The notes under the pieces were generated by a model that was not told the origin of the DNA, ran no database searches, and saw only the letters and a list, made by a program, of their open reading frames with translations. Below are positions 8,961 to 19,047 of a stretch of DNA of 27,960 bases, piece after piece. How positions within the stretch are numbered: position 1 is the first letter of the stretch; the number at the start of each line of letters is the position of its first letter. The DNA is from a virus (Duplodnaviria; Caudoviricetes), in the IMG/VR virus record IMGVR_UViG_3300013132_000201, positions 1 to 27,960 of that record. One strand, written 5' to 3'. A program made the translations under genes and the position numbers.

Positions 8961-9959
8961 TCACTTTTCGCCATAAGCTAGAGCGTCTGTTTCTTCGATT
9001 TGTACACCAAAACGAACGAATACTGTATATTCTACTGTATCCTTCTTTGGCTTGAACTCGCGGTGGACTGTAACATCTCTCTGGAATCCCCAAATTCTAT
9101 TTTCTGGGAATGTTAGTGAGACATAATCATCTGGCATGTAAGGAACTTCCATGATGGGTAGTCCGAGAACACGATACTGTAGTGGTGCGCCAACAATCTG
9201 TGGTACTGTTCCATCGACAATTCTTTCTACGATTCTTTCAGAATTGTAGTTTCCTGTCTGAGCAAGGTTGTTTAGTAGGCTGGAGATAGTTGGGCTACCA
9301 GCATAGAACTTCATTGCTGAACGTGAACCACGGTACTTGCGTGGCATTGCTAGGATGATCTGCTGAAGATCCTGTACGGTCCAGTTGCTACCGCTAGAAG
9401 CAACTGAAGTTGCCTCATTACCGCTAGCTTCCTTAGCATAGAATCCTTCCATGATCTTTAGGAAGTTGTTTGTTCCTGATCCAACACCATTGATAGCAAG
9501 ATCCTCTAGGTCGTTAGCAAATGCACGAGTCATTGTACGAACTAGGTGATCCTCTAGTGCAGTACCCTCAAGGTTGTCCTCTAGGGCTTCAGTTGAAACC
9601 TCCCAATCTAGTCTAATCTTCTTTGTTGTGACTTCGACCTTTGTGAAGGCAACTGCTGCATTTGTGTATGTGTCATCAGCTTGGTTAGCTGCACGAATAA
9701 CTCTTTCACCAACATTTAGTTTTTCAAGCTCTGCTGTGTTTGAACGCATTGTTACTCTGCGACCATCCTGTGCGAGAACCTGTTGCTCCCAAATGTATTC
9801 GATGAACTGGCGAGACTGCTCAGGATTGAGAATACCGCCGTCGTCAGTTGTGCTGCCAACTACACCAAGGTCAAAAGCTGCTGGATTAGTGATTGCACCA
9901 ATTCCACCAGAAACTATTGCCCCTGTTGCGGCTGCTTTTTCTAGAATTTCATCTGACAT
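8961..9959 (-). CDS. Major capsid protein (HK97 fold)
   Basis: 332 aa; GGIL.PEQ...FI, EVSTEALEDNLEG, DLEDLAING and VLGLPIMEVP motifs; strong SD AGGAGGTG; follows the protease gene. Confidence 0.93.
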   Translation of the reverse strand: MSDEILEKAAATGAIVSGGIGAITNPAAFDLGVVGSTTDDGGILNPEQSRQFIEYIWEQQVLAQDGRRVTMRSNTAELEKLNVGERVIRAANQADDTYTNAAVAFTKVEVTTKKIRLDWEVSTEALEDNLEGTALEDHLVRTMTRAFANDLEDLAINGVGSGTNNFLKIMEGFYAKEASGNEATSVASSGSNWTVQDLQQIILAMPRKYRGSRSAMKFYAGSPTISSLLNNLAQTGNYNSERIVERIVDGTVPQIVGAPLQYRVLGLPIMEVPYMPDDYVSLTFPENRIWGFQRDVTVHREFKPKKDTVEYTVFVRFGVQIEETDALAYGEK

Positions 9960-9980
9960 TTTTTTTCACCTCCTGGATTA

Positions 9981-11342
9981 TTACCGATATAGGTCAGCGG
10001 AACTGAGGAAACGACCGCCCCACATCGACTTATTTACTCTTTCTTCCTGAACGATCCCGCCAAGATCGCCAGACTTGCGAACAGCGGTGTCGGCTTCGAC
10101 TTCATCAATACGCTGTCCAAACTCACTAATATTGCCCTTAACTTCTGTTACGCTACCTTTTACAACTTCAACTTCGCTTGATACGGAGTCAAGTGACTTC
10201 TTTAGGCTTGCGATTTCCATTGCTAGGGACTTGATTGTTGTAGAAAATTCTCCTAGAACATCTGTAAGAGAAACCTTAATCTCATCAACAGATTTAGCCA
10301 AGTCTTCATCTTTGCTTTCATCTGCAGGAGTGGTGGATTTTTCAATAGCCTCTTCTACAATTTCTTCAGCAGCCTCTTCTGACTTCTCAATGTCATCAGT
10401 GTCAGCTACTTCTTCAACTGCTGGTTCATCAGCAAGTTTTTCAACAACCTCTTCAATAACCTCTGCCTCTTCCACAGCCTCTGACTTTGCAATCTCTTCT
10501 GTTTCTTCGACTTCAGTTATACGTTTGGTTCTTGCCATGCTAATCCCCTCCTTTTCAATATTTTCAGCAATTGACTTGGCTACTTCGTCAATCGCTTCTT
10601 CATTATCAGATTGTTCATCTGAACTCTTTGTCATGTTATTAATAAGCTCCATTACAACATCAGACTTGTTTACATCATTGCTTTCAACAAATCCAATGTT
10701 TGTCATCGTCTTATTGCATTGTGGACATGAATATTGATTTGATGTGCTTAGGATCACCATATCGTTAGATCCACACCAGTAAACATTTTCTAGGTAATTT
10801 TTTTCAAATACCTCTGCATTATCAGCAAGCTTTTGAATAGAAACAAAGTTTGCATTTGGATTAGCTGGATTGTCAACAAGTGATAGCTCATCAAGTTCGT
10901 ACTCTTTAATAAGTCTAACGGGACCATCAGATGACTTTGTATACATATCTTCTGAGTCCTTAATTCTTCCACCAATAGAAAAGCCTGAGAGGATTCCCTC
11001 TGTTACCTTGTGCCAGGTATCTTGTGCTCCCTTTGATACGTATACATCAACAAAAATTCCATTATGAGATTCACCAGTTGCCTTGTCAAAATATTTATCT
11101 TGTTTAAAGGAAACCATTTTGCCAACAGCAAGTGGGGTATGTTGTTCACGAATATTCCCACGGAATCTTTTGAAAGCCTCAACAGATGCATCAATAGCTA
11201 CTACATCACCCTGCTTGTCAAGGGTATCAAGTGTGGCCCATCCAGATACAATTCTTTTTTCCTTATCAATTTTCTGAATTGGCATTGACAGTCGTATGCT
11301 GTCTCCATCTGTAGCCCAAAAAGCTTTTGATAAAATACTCAT
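9981..11342 (-). CDS. Prohead maturation protease (HK97-type) fused to a Cys-rich knuckle and an acidic scaffold/coiled-coil
   Basis: D.QGD, IREQH, GFSIGG and ELSLVDNPANP motifs; WC...CPQC segment; Glu-rich C-terminal half. Confidence 0.92.
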   Translation of the reverse strand: MSILSKAFWATDGDSIRLSMPIQKIDKEKRIVSGWATLDTLDKQGDVVAIDASVEAFKRFRGNIREQHTPLAVGKMVSFKQDKYFDKATGESHNGIFVDVYVSKGAQDTWHKVTEGILSGFSIGGRIKDSEDMYTKSSDGPVRLIKEYELDELSLVDNPANPNANFVSIQKLADNAEVFEKNYLENVYWCGSNDMVILSTSNQYSCPQCNKTMTNIGFVESNDVNKSDVVMELINNMTKSSDEQSDNEEAIDEVAKSIAENIEKEGISMARTKRITEVEETEEIAKSEAVEEAEVIEEVVEKLADEPAVEEVADTDDIEKSEEAAEEIVEEAIEKSTTPADESKDEDLAKSVDEIKVSLTDVLGEFSTTIKSLAMEIASLKKSLDSVSSEVEVVKGSVTEVKGNISEFGQRIDEVEADTAVRKSGDLGGIVQEERVNKSMWGGRFLSSADLYR

Positions 11343-11366
11343 ATCGTATCTATTATATATTATATT

Positions 11367-11390
11367 TATAACATTTATTCAAATGTTATA
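11367..11390. repeat. Perfect 10-bp AT-rich inverted repeat between portal and protease genes
   Basis: TATAACATTT-attc-AAATGTTATA; a minus-strand TATAAT at 11357-11352 lies 9 nt before the protease ATG. Confidence 0.6.
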
Positions 11391-12944
11391 TTATTGTGCT
11401 GCTCTTCCTTCTCCACCAGGATTTCTACCAGTTGGTGTTGATGGAGAATCTGTTGCATTATTTTGCCTATTTACATCTCTTTGTCTTGTACCCATTGTTT
11501 GAGCAACCATTTCTGCTCTTTGTTGTGCCCCAATAACTACTGCATTTTGTCCATCAGCATTTAGTGGAAGCCCAAGTCTTGATCTTACTTCATTTGGAAC
11601 AATAACTTGCATCTTAAGGTATCGTTCATCAATTTGACTTTGAGTATTTTCATCAGTAAGAGTAAGTTCATTAAGTTTAAAGTTAAACATATCTGTTTTT
11701 TCTTTAATAATCTTATTAAGAACCTTTTCTAGATTTCTTTGTGATGGTCTAGCTACCTGTTCTTTAAAGGTTCTATCTGATGCAAGTGCAGCAGCAATTG
11801 ACATTCCTTGAACTGCACCAACTTTTGATATTGGCATTTGATGAGACATAAGAATGTCTTCACGATTTGATTTACGATACTTCTCAAAAGATCCATCTTG
11901 AATACCATTTTCAATGGGTTCCATTTTAAATTCAACTTTATTATCTGGACTATCACCAGGAAGTGGGAGGAATAGTGTTCTATGATTTTGTCCTCTTAAA
12001 CCAGACTGTAGGAATCTAAATAATTTTTCTTCTGACTCAGAACTTAACTTGCCGCCCTTAAGTGTAACAATATATCTTGGAACAGCTTTATTTTCAAAGT
12101 AATCAACATTGAATCTTGCTGCAAGCTGATCTCCAACAACAGATGTTGCGGCAGAAAGAATATCTGGAACACCATAGTAACTATTCTTTGGAGTATATTT
12201 CTTAAGGTGAATCAACTCGTTTGGACGAGGATCTGAGGTAACAGGATTTACAGTTTTTTGATCCTGAAAGTTTCTAAAGAATACAACTCTCTCATTAACT
12301 ATTTGGATATATCCATCCCGAAGGCGGCGAACACGAATAGTAGTACTAGGAATGTGACCAATATAGCCAATCTCTCCTGTAACAGTGCGTCCGATTTCAA
12401 TGTATCCGTTGCCCGTTGCTTCATAGTCAGTATATGCTTTTTCAAGGATATGGGTAAATGGATCTTCATCATTCCTACCTTCAAGCCATTCTGTTAAAGC
12501 AGATTTTGCACGATCAACTTTTCTATATGCACGAATAAGTTGATCATCTGATCCCGCTTCTTCTAGTGCTGTTCTTGTATTATCAGACATATCAAAATGA
12601 TAACCAAGACCAACAATGTTGGCTACTTTTGCGTTAATTGATGCATGATTTGCAAATGAACTTTCATAGAATGATGCAAGTTCATCAAGATTATACGGTG
12701 GAACTACAACATCAAATAGTCCATATGCTGTTGCAATTGCTTGCTCTGGAATAAGTTGTTTTGATCCAGTATCATCTTTTCCCGTCCAAACTTTTGTTAG
12801 TTGGCGAGATATTTTTCTTTTAAAGTTTGGATTAAATCCACTATAACCCTTAACTATTTCAGAGTCTGTAGCAAATATATCAGTAGTTTTCTTTTCTACT
12901 TTAACTGGATTATCAATTCTTGCTCTAAGATCATCCTGATCCAT
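11391..12944 (-). CDS. Portal protein (PBSX/HK97-like)
   Basis: 517 aa; D...TGNGYIE, NELIH.K...P...YYGVPD, YFEN.AVP and PNEVR..LGL motifs. Confidence 0.93.
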   Translation of the reverse strand: MDQDDLRARIDNPVKVEKKTTDIFATDSEIVKGYSGFNPNFKRKISRQLTKVWTGKDDTGSKQLIPEQAIATAYGLFDVVVPPYNLDELASFYESSFANHASINAKVANIVGLGYHFDMSDNTRTALEEAGSDDQLIRAYRKVDRAKSALTEWLEGRNDEDPFTHILEKAYTDYEATGNGYIEIGRTVTGEIGYIGHIPSTTIRVRRLRDGYIQIVNERVVFFRNFQDQKTVNPVTSDPRPNELIHLKKYTPKNSYYGVPDILSAATSVVGDQLAARFNVDYFENKAVPRYIVTLKGGKLSSESEEKLFRFLQSGLRGQNHRTLFLPLPGDSPDNKVEFKMEPIENGIQDGSFEKYRKSNREDILMSHQMPISKVGAVQGMSIAAALASDRTFKEQVARPSQRNLEKVLNKIIKEKTDMFNFKLNELTLTDENTQSQIDERYLKMQVIVPNEVRSRLGLPLNADGQNAVVIGAQQRAEMVAQTMGTRQRDVNRQNNATDSPSTPTGRNPGGEGRAAQ

Positions 12945-13278
12945 AGCGACCTATTCCTTTAGCTGCATCCATCCAGGCACCAAGGTCTGTATCGCTAGGG
13001 ATATATCCTTCTTTCATTCTGTTAATTTGTTCAGAATGTTCTTCGTCAGTTATTCTTCTTACCCCTGGCATAAATTCTGGTTTACCATCTGGAAATCCAT
13101 AATAGGCTGCAGCTTTTGTTATTTTAGACATTGCTTCAATATCGCCATGACGAGCTGGGATATTCATTGTATTTCCATTGCTATCTTTTACAATTTTCCC
13201 ATCTGGCAATCTCCAGACATAAATACCATCAATTCTGTTCTTCTGAATGACAGTTAGCTTTGGAGTATTGCTTGCCAT
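12931..13278 (-). CDS. Hypothetical protein upstream of portal; probably leaderless, starting at ATG 13278 rather than GTG 13284
   Basis: TGGTACAAT (13294-13286) ends 7 nt before the ATG and no SD is present; ORF overlaps the portal start. Confidence 0.75.
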   Translation of the reverse strand: MASNTPKLTVIQKNRIDGIYVWRLPDGKIVKDSNGNTMNIPARHGDIEAMSKITKAAAYYGFPDGKPEFMPGVRRITDEEHSEQINRMKEGYIPSDTDLGAWMDAAKGIGRYGSG

Positions 13279-13296
13279 GTACACAATTGTACCATA

Positions 13297-16200
13297 TTAC
13301 ACTGGTTTACCACTAAAAAGTGACCACGTTATACCAGTATAGAGTTTTGTACTATCAGATGTTACCGTTAATGTTGACGAATCTTGTGCAACAATATTTG
13401 ATAAACCTAGGTGTGATTCAAAAATATCATCAACTTTTTTAATAATGCTTTGATTATAAATAGAAACATTATTAAAAAGTATTTTTGGATGAATTTCAAG
13501 TCTTCCAATGTAGTTGTCCATTGATAAAGGATCAGTAAATGAAAATGTAATAAACGACCACGACATTGGATATAGATGCTGATTATCTAATAAGATTCCG
13601 TTTTGATAATAATTGATATTTGTATATTCAACATCTCCAGATAATGTTTTACGATATGCCACAAGTTTTGCACGTTTATTATTATCTTGTGGAATCAGGT
13701 AAAAGTTAAATGTTTCTGTTTCAGATAACAATGTTAATATTTTTATATTTTCAGAAAACTCTCTTGACTCGTTATAACATAACCAAAAATTCATTCCATG
13801 CAAATCATATTCTGTATTTTTAAATTGATTTATAGGAATAGAAATTCCTCTATTATAAGAAAGACTATTATTATCAATAAATGAGTATGGAAGTGATGTA
13901 ATGCCAGACTCTGCCGTTAAAAATAAATATGGCATAGAATCTTTATATATTACAAATGGATTCTTTATTTTTGTTGAATAAGATCTTCCTTGTCTAGAAA
14001 ATGGATAAATTTTATTACCATTAATTGTATTAACTGCATATAAACTTCTTTCATCAAATGAAAGAGACGCCATTGACATTCTTTTAAGAACTAGTGGATT
14101 TGTATTTATAGCATTAGTTTTTATTTCAATATGAATTGTTATATATGCATCGTTAAATGATATTAATTCTTTTGGAGTAAAAATAACTGTTCCATCTATA
14201 ATTTCAAATTTTGTTATATCAATATCTGTTGTAACTTGATCAAAGTCAATGATTCTTTCTTCTTCCAGATCCTTTGTTATTGTATATGTAGAATATCCAA
14301 CATCACCAACATCTTGTGAAGACTTTAATGTTACATAGCAGTACATATTTCTTTCGGTGTCATTATTTAAATTATCGCTAATAAATCCAGAGGATGGAAA
14401 ATCAATATTGAACTGTATCATATCTAAGTCTGAATCAGTTATGTCACCACGACCATTTCTTACATATGAGGCAAAATATGATAGTGGAATGGAGTCTTCC
14501 CAATAACCACATAAACCTATATCCATGATCATGCTTTCATTTGTTTTTATAAAATTAAGCGTATAATTTCCTATATATTTAACAATGTTTGATGATAAAG
14601 ATATTTCTGGACTATTTGATATTACAAATATTCCATCATTATTAAAATAATCATCTAAATCTTTATCTGTAAAAAATTTATTATTAAATGTTACAGAATA
14701 TATTTTTCCTGTAAACATATTTTTTTGATTACCACCAACTGTAAAATTTATGTTTTGTGGATTTGCAAAAAAATTCTTTATAATTGCAGAATATTCTTCA
14801 GTTAATTTATCAAATTTTAATCCTGCAACAAATACATTATCATTAGCAGTTATTGAAAGGGTGTATTCATAAATAGTTGTTGAAGACGTAGTTGATTGAT
14901 ACTTATATATTAGTTTTTGAGATGTTGGATTTATATAGATTTTGAATGATTCACCTGTAGCATTATTAAGAAAATGCATTAGTGTTAATTCACTTATATT
15001 TGCATCACTAATAGCTTTATTTATTTCATCTGTATTTATGCTAAAAACACCGAACACAGAAGATACCCTATCATTTAAAACATTAAAACCTTTAAATGAA
15101 AGAAATCCATATATATTTTCATAAGATAAATTTGGTCTAAATTTTATAAACTTATTTTGTTTTGTATCATCTTGTATTGAATTATTATCTGTTAAAGTAT
15201 TTACAGTAAATGTTGCACTGGCTGAATTGCCAACATACAAAATTTCTGGTTTTGAATAAGTTGTTGGTAAAGATATAGATTTTGAATTAACTTGTAAGTT
15301 TGAATAAATAGCATCTGACCATCTATTTATATCTGGATATATAAGATTTGTTGTATAGTCACTATAAGCAAAATCAATGTTTGTTAAATTGCCACCAAAC
15401 TTTTTAACAATATCATCAGACTTACCAACACCCTGACCAAATACAAACTTTCTTTTTGCTAGTTGTTCTGGAACAATGTATGGATATATTGCAATACAGT
15501 CAATTTCAAATGGATAAATATCTGATGAAGAATAAAAACCGAGCCAATCGTTATTGTAACTTAGGTCGTCAACAAATGATATTTGTGTTGGATCCATAGT
15601 TATACTAATAACTATTTCTCCATTAATCATTACTGTTGCATAATTTGGAGTGTATGTAATATCTATAAGAACTGGTCTGTACCACTTGGGCATAAAATAT
15701 GATTGTTCATAAGGACCAATTTTAAGTGTTAAAAAGTTTCTATTTACATATAGCCCGTCTAAACTATCTAATGGTCCAAATATTCTAAACGATTCTTTTT
15801 TATTTACATTTATTCTTAACCAGAACTCTGTTGTCAATTGCTTATATTTACCATTATTGTGTAAAAATCCTTTACCTGGAATAACTAATGATGGTCCATC
15901 ATACGTTGATGCATAAATCTCTGTTATGTTTCCAGACCCATATACCATTGGTAACTTTGAATTTAGTGCAAGCATTTTATTATTTTCAATAAAATAATAG
16001 CCATTATCAGTATCAGAAAGACTATATGAATCAATTTCAACAGTTTTAACTAATGATGGTGTACTTAAATATGGACTACCAATGCTAGATATTATTCCAC
16101 CAGAAGCACTTAGTGATGTAAATGGAACCGTTAGAGATCCCTCTGTATCTGCATTATATTGTTCTGACCATTGACCAACAGCAAATCTACTAATTGAAAA

Positions 16201-16752
16201 CTTCTGATTTTTAGGAAGAATATTAAAATTAATTTTTATATAAGGATATATATTTATTGCGCTTGCAGATAATACAGATGATGCTGATATGGGCATAGTA
16301 TGATTAATTTTTAACCAGTCTTGTTGAGTAGGAAGATTATATGTTTTATAACTAGTCACCACACTTGAACTTACTGGATCAGTGTACTCAAAACCTATTT
16401 CAATACTGTCTATGTCATCTTGATATGGATATATAAATGTGCTTACACATACACTATTCTTATCAGTATCTAATTCAGTCTTGCTAAGAAATGATTGAGA
16501 TTTCATTGTGGTAGCACTTGATGATCCTACAAATGTTGAATAAACAATATCAGCATCTGCTGTTCCAACTGTTTCGCCTGGTTTTGTTTTTGGCCCCACT
16601 GCTACGCTTGCAGAAGATCCATTAGTAATTGTCCAAATAGGACTTGCAGCAACTAATGACAAATAAGAAAAATCATCATCAAGATTCCAAAGAGCAATTG
16701 GATGATCACCAAAAATTGCAGCGGAATACAGATTGAAGATATTTTGTGGCAT
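13297..16752 (-). CDS. Large beta-rich protein, probably virion-associated, with possible ConA/LamG-like domains
   Basis: 1151 aa; N-terminal DHPIALWNLDD and T.EFWLR patterns resemble LamG-like folds; AGGAG RBS; promoter TGTTAGAAT at 16780-16772. Confidence 0.55.
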   Translation of the reverse strand: MPQNIFNLYSAAIFGDHPIALWNLDDDFSYLSLVAASPIWTITNGSSASVAVGPKTKPGETVGTADADIVYSTFVGSSSATTMKSQSFLSKTELDTDKNSVCVSTFIYPYQDDIDSIEIGFEYTDPVSSSVVTSYKTYNLPTQQDWLKINHTMPISASSVLSASAINIYPYIKINFNILPKNQKFSISRFAVGQWSEQYNADTEGSLTVPFTSLSASGGIISSIGSPYLSTPSLVKTVEIDSYSLSDTDNGYYFIENNKMLALNSKLPMVYGSGNITEIYASTYDGPSLVIPGKGFLHNNGKYKQLTTEFWLRINVNKKESFRIFGPLDSLDGLYVNRNFLTLKIGPYEQSYFMPKWYRPVLIDITYTPNYATVMINGEIVISITMDPTQISFVDDLSYNNDWLGFYSSSDIYPFEIDCIAIYPYIVPEQLAKRKFVFGQGVGKSDDIVKKFGGNLTNIDFAYSDYTTNLIYPDINRWSDAIYSNLQVNSKSISLPTTYSKPEILYVGNSASATFTVNTLTDNNSIQDDTKQNKFIKFRPNLSYENIYGFLSFKGFNVLNDRVSSVFGVFSINTDEINKAISDANISELTLMHFLNNATGESFKIYINPTSQKLIYKYQSTTSSTTIYEYTLSITANDNVFVAGLKFDKLTEEYSAIIKNFFANPQNINFTVGGNQKNMFTGKIYSVTFNNKFFTDKDLDDYFNNDGIFVISNSPEISLSSNIVKYIGNYTLNFIKTNESMIMDIGLCGYWEDSIPLSYFASYVRNGRGDITDSDLDMIQFNIDFPSSGFISDNLNNDTERNMYCYVTLKSSQDVGDVGYSTYTITKDLEEERIIDFDQVTTDIDITKFEIIDGTVIFTPKELISFNDAYITIHIEIKTNAINTNPLVLKRMSMASLSFDERSLYAVNTINGNKIYPFSRQGRSYSTKIKNPFVIYKDSMPYLFLTAESGITSLPYSFIDNNSLSYNRGISIPINQFKNTEYDLHGMNFWLCYNESREFSENIKILTLLSETETFNFYLIPQDNNKRAKLVAYRKTLSGDVEYTNINYYQNGILLDNQHLYPMSWSFITFSFTDPLSMDNYIGRLEIHPKILFNNVSIYNQSIIKKVDDIFESHLGLSNIVAQDSSTLTVTSDSTKLYTGITWSLFSGKPV

Positions 16753-16788
16753 ACAGTGCTCCTATGTTACTATTCTAACATAGTAGCC

Positions 16789-18738
16789 TTATTTTGCTAC
16801 AACACTAGAACCAATATCAACAATATCGCAAGCCCCTGCAGTACAAGAAAGTTCTTGTGATCCTGTTGTATTATCTTCAATCTCATACAGTGGCAAAGAC
16901 TCCCAGGGAATTTCCTTTGGCATTTTTAGTAGCCACTCTTCATATTCTTCCTTGGTTATCTCTTGGTATGGAGCCTGCTTGTATGAATGCTCTGAATATG
17001 GAAGAAATGCTACTCCACCAATGTCATCAAAGTTATCATAAACCCATGCACCAACTCTAATCCATTCATCTTCCTTAACATTGATTGTCACAGATGGATT
17101 GTGCTCTGTCCAATGCTTTCTATATGTCTTCCATATTTCAAGGTGATCAATAGCGGATAGATCTTTTGTTACCACTGCACCATCTGGAGCTTTGATTGGA
17201 AAATAAAATACGGTTGTATCATTTGGCTTCATAACATCTGGCTCATTAGGTACACCAAAATCCTTAAGGAAAATTGTTAAAGGATCCTTGTTGTCTCCAC
17301 GAACAGAGCGAAGGTAGTATGATGAATACCAGGGGTGAATGCCACTAGATACCCCAGTTAGCTGTGATACGGTCCCTGAAGGCTTAACACAGGTAATTGA
17401 TGCTGAGGGATTGATTCCTAGTTTTTCGGCCTCCATTTTATTTACTTCAACTGAGTGCTCTCTCATCTTGTCCAAAAGCATTGCTAGACCATCAGTATTT
17501 GTTGAGGTAAGAGTGTTTCCAAAAATTCCTGTAAGTGACACTCCTAGAAGTCTTTCCTCCTCACAGTTATCCTTCCATGACTTACGAATGTACTTAAAGT
17601 TTGTAAGAGTTGACTGCCATGTTCCAAGAATTGTTGCAAGCTTGATCTTGTTCATAATATCTTTAGCAGTATCATTCGCTCCAACAACTACCTCTGTTAG
17701 ATTACAGAACTCATTAGGACGAAGAAGAATCTCCCCACAAGGATTTGTGCCTGCAACCTTAGATGAGTCTCTTCTACCAAACTTATCAATATGCTTTCTA
17801 ACGGAATCCATATTGTAAATACCACGTTCCCCTGACTTTGACTCATACAGATTGCGCCACTCTCTAAGGAACTGTGCTACGTTTGGCTTAGTATTATAAA
17901 TGGCAGAATTATTTGCTAGTGCTCGTTGTGCATCATTCTCCCACCAATTACCATTCTTTGCCTTTGCCATTTCAAAATCATCAAGGTTAGAAAGTGAAAT
18001 CAATGCAGAACGACGGACACCACCAACAACAACTATCTCGCCAATCTTGCACATGATGTCATGTGCTTCAATGGGCTTAAGTCTACGTCCAGCAGCATTC
18101 TTGAAAATATCAACGGTAAATCTAAAAAGGGCATCAAGTGGTTCTGGTCCAGATGCACGACCACCAAATGTCTTGAGTCTTGCTCCAGCAGGACGAACCT
18201 TAGACATATCCCACTTTGGCATTTGACCTTGATTTAAAAGGGCAATGAGTTCTTTATATGACTTTGCCCATCCAAGTTTGGAATCATCAACAACAATAAC
18301 AGTATCTGTTGGGTAAAATGATTCAGCATTTACAGGAAGCTGATCAATGTATTTATGCTCAACAGAGAAGCCAACACCAGTACCATTCATCAAAATATAC
18401 ATTGCTTCATCAAATGCACGAAGACTATCAACGGCGGTGAATGAGCAGTTATAGGAAGCAATGTTGTCACGCTCTAGTGCAACTCCAGCAGTCATCAGGG
18501 CACGCATAGATGGCATAATATGATGATTGAGAATAGCATCACGAATTGAACCGTATGTCTTATCATCTACATCATAGTTATAGTTTGCAGATAGATGACT
18601 TCTCATAAAACTCATGTATCTATTTACTGTTTCAACCCATGTTTCCCTTCTTCCATCGGTGTCTATCCATCTTGCGTATCTGCTTACATGGATGAAATTT
18701 CTGTATGGGTCTTTTATAGATCCTGAGTTTGTTAACAT
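16789..18738 (-). CDS. nrdJ: Class II (adenosylcobalamin-dependent) ribonucleotide reductase
   Basis: SRYARW, RRETW.ETV.RY, YNCS, GGVRRSALI, TNPCGEI, CVKPSGTVS and C-terminal CTAGAC; 649 aa; no nrdB nearby; no intein evident. Confidence 0.93.
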   Translation of the reverse strand: MLTNSGSIKDPYRNFIHVSRYARWIDTDGRRETWVETVNRYMSFMRSHLSANYNYDVDDKTYGSIRDAILNHHIMPSMRALMTAGVALERDNIASYNCSFTAVDSLRAFDEAMYILMNGTGVGFSVEHKYIDQLPVNAESFYPTDTVIVVDDSKLGWAKSYKELIALLNQGQMPKWDMSKVRPAGARLKTFGGRASGPEPLDALFRFTVDIFKNAAGRRLKPIEAHDIMCKIGEIVVVGGVRRSALISLSNLDDFEMAKAKNGNWWENDAQRALANNSAIYNTKPNVAQFLREWRNLYESKSGERGIYNMDSVRKHIDKFGRRDSSKVAGTNPCGEILLRPNEFCNLTEVVVGANDTAKDIMNKIKLATILGTWQSTLTNFKYIRKSWKDNCEEERLLGVSLTGIFGNTLTSTNTDGLAMLLDKMREHSVEVNKMEAEKLGINPSASITCVKPSGTVSQLTGVSSGIHPWYSSYYLRSVRGDNKDPLTIFLKDFGVPNEPDVMKPNDTTVFYFPIKAPDGAVVTKDLSAIDHLEIWKTYRKHWTEHNPSVTINVKEDEWIRVGAWVYDNFDDIGGVAFLPYSEHSYKQAPYQEITKEEYEEWLLKMPKEIPWESLPLYEIEDNTTGSQELSCTAGACDIVDIGSSVVAK

Positions 18739-18757
18739 TGATTACAACACTTCCTTT

Positions 18758-18790
18758 TGATAGAATTAGGGGATAAGGTATATTTTACCA
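18758..18790. promoter_or_regulatory. Face-to-face extended -10 promoters
   Basis: Plus-strand TGATAGAAT at 18758-18766 and minus-strand TGGTAAAAT at 18790-18782. Confidence 0.55.
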
Positions 18791-18810
18791 GAGCATTGAA
18801 GGGACTAACA

Positions 18811-19047
18811 ATGGATATAACGATCCAAGAAGTAAATACTTATTACAATATGGTAAAGAATGGGGAGGCACCAAATCTTTACTTCCCAGGCATTGACAAT
18901 CGTGAAGGTGGAAACCTTATAATACCAAAGGTAGACATGAATGACAATGTTTATCTCTTTGATATTGTTTCTCAAACCAAGATCTCTCTTGGCCTAGATG
19001 TTATAGAAAAGATAAGATTCTATATTGCCAAGAAGAAGAACGCATGA
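18811..19047 (+). CDS. Hypothetical protein (78 aa; likely start ATG 18811)
   Basis: GAAGGGA SD-like sequence before the ATG; the longer TTG start in the ORF track overlaps the predicted promoter. Confidence 0.7.
   Translation: MDITIQEVNTYYNMVKNGEAPNLYFPGIDNREGGNLIIPKVDMNDNVYLFDIVSQTKISLGLDVIEKIRFYIAKKKNA

Noticed and set aside
8908-9093. 61-aa alternative-frame ORF at the MCP 3' end (possible capsid frameshift extension)
   Set aside because: No slippery heptamer noticed near the MCP stop, and the frame runs through the terminator.
9574-10737. Long plus-strand ORFs (158 and 220 aa) antisense to MCP and protease
   Set aside because: Ser/Thr-rich shadow frames expected from the codon bias of the real genes; no recognisable domain.
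17339-18226. Plus-strand ORFs antisense to nrdJ
   Set aside because: Shadow ORFs opposite a well-conserved enzyme gene.
16789-18738. Intein or intron in nrdJ
   Set aside because: ORF is continuous, of ordinary length, with motifs normally spaced.
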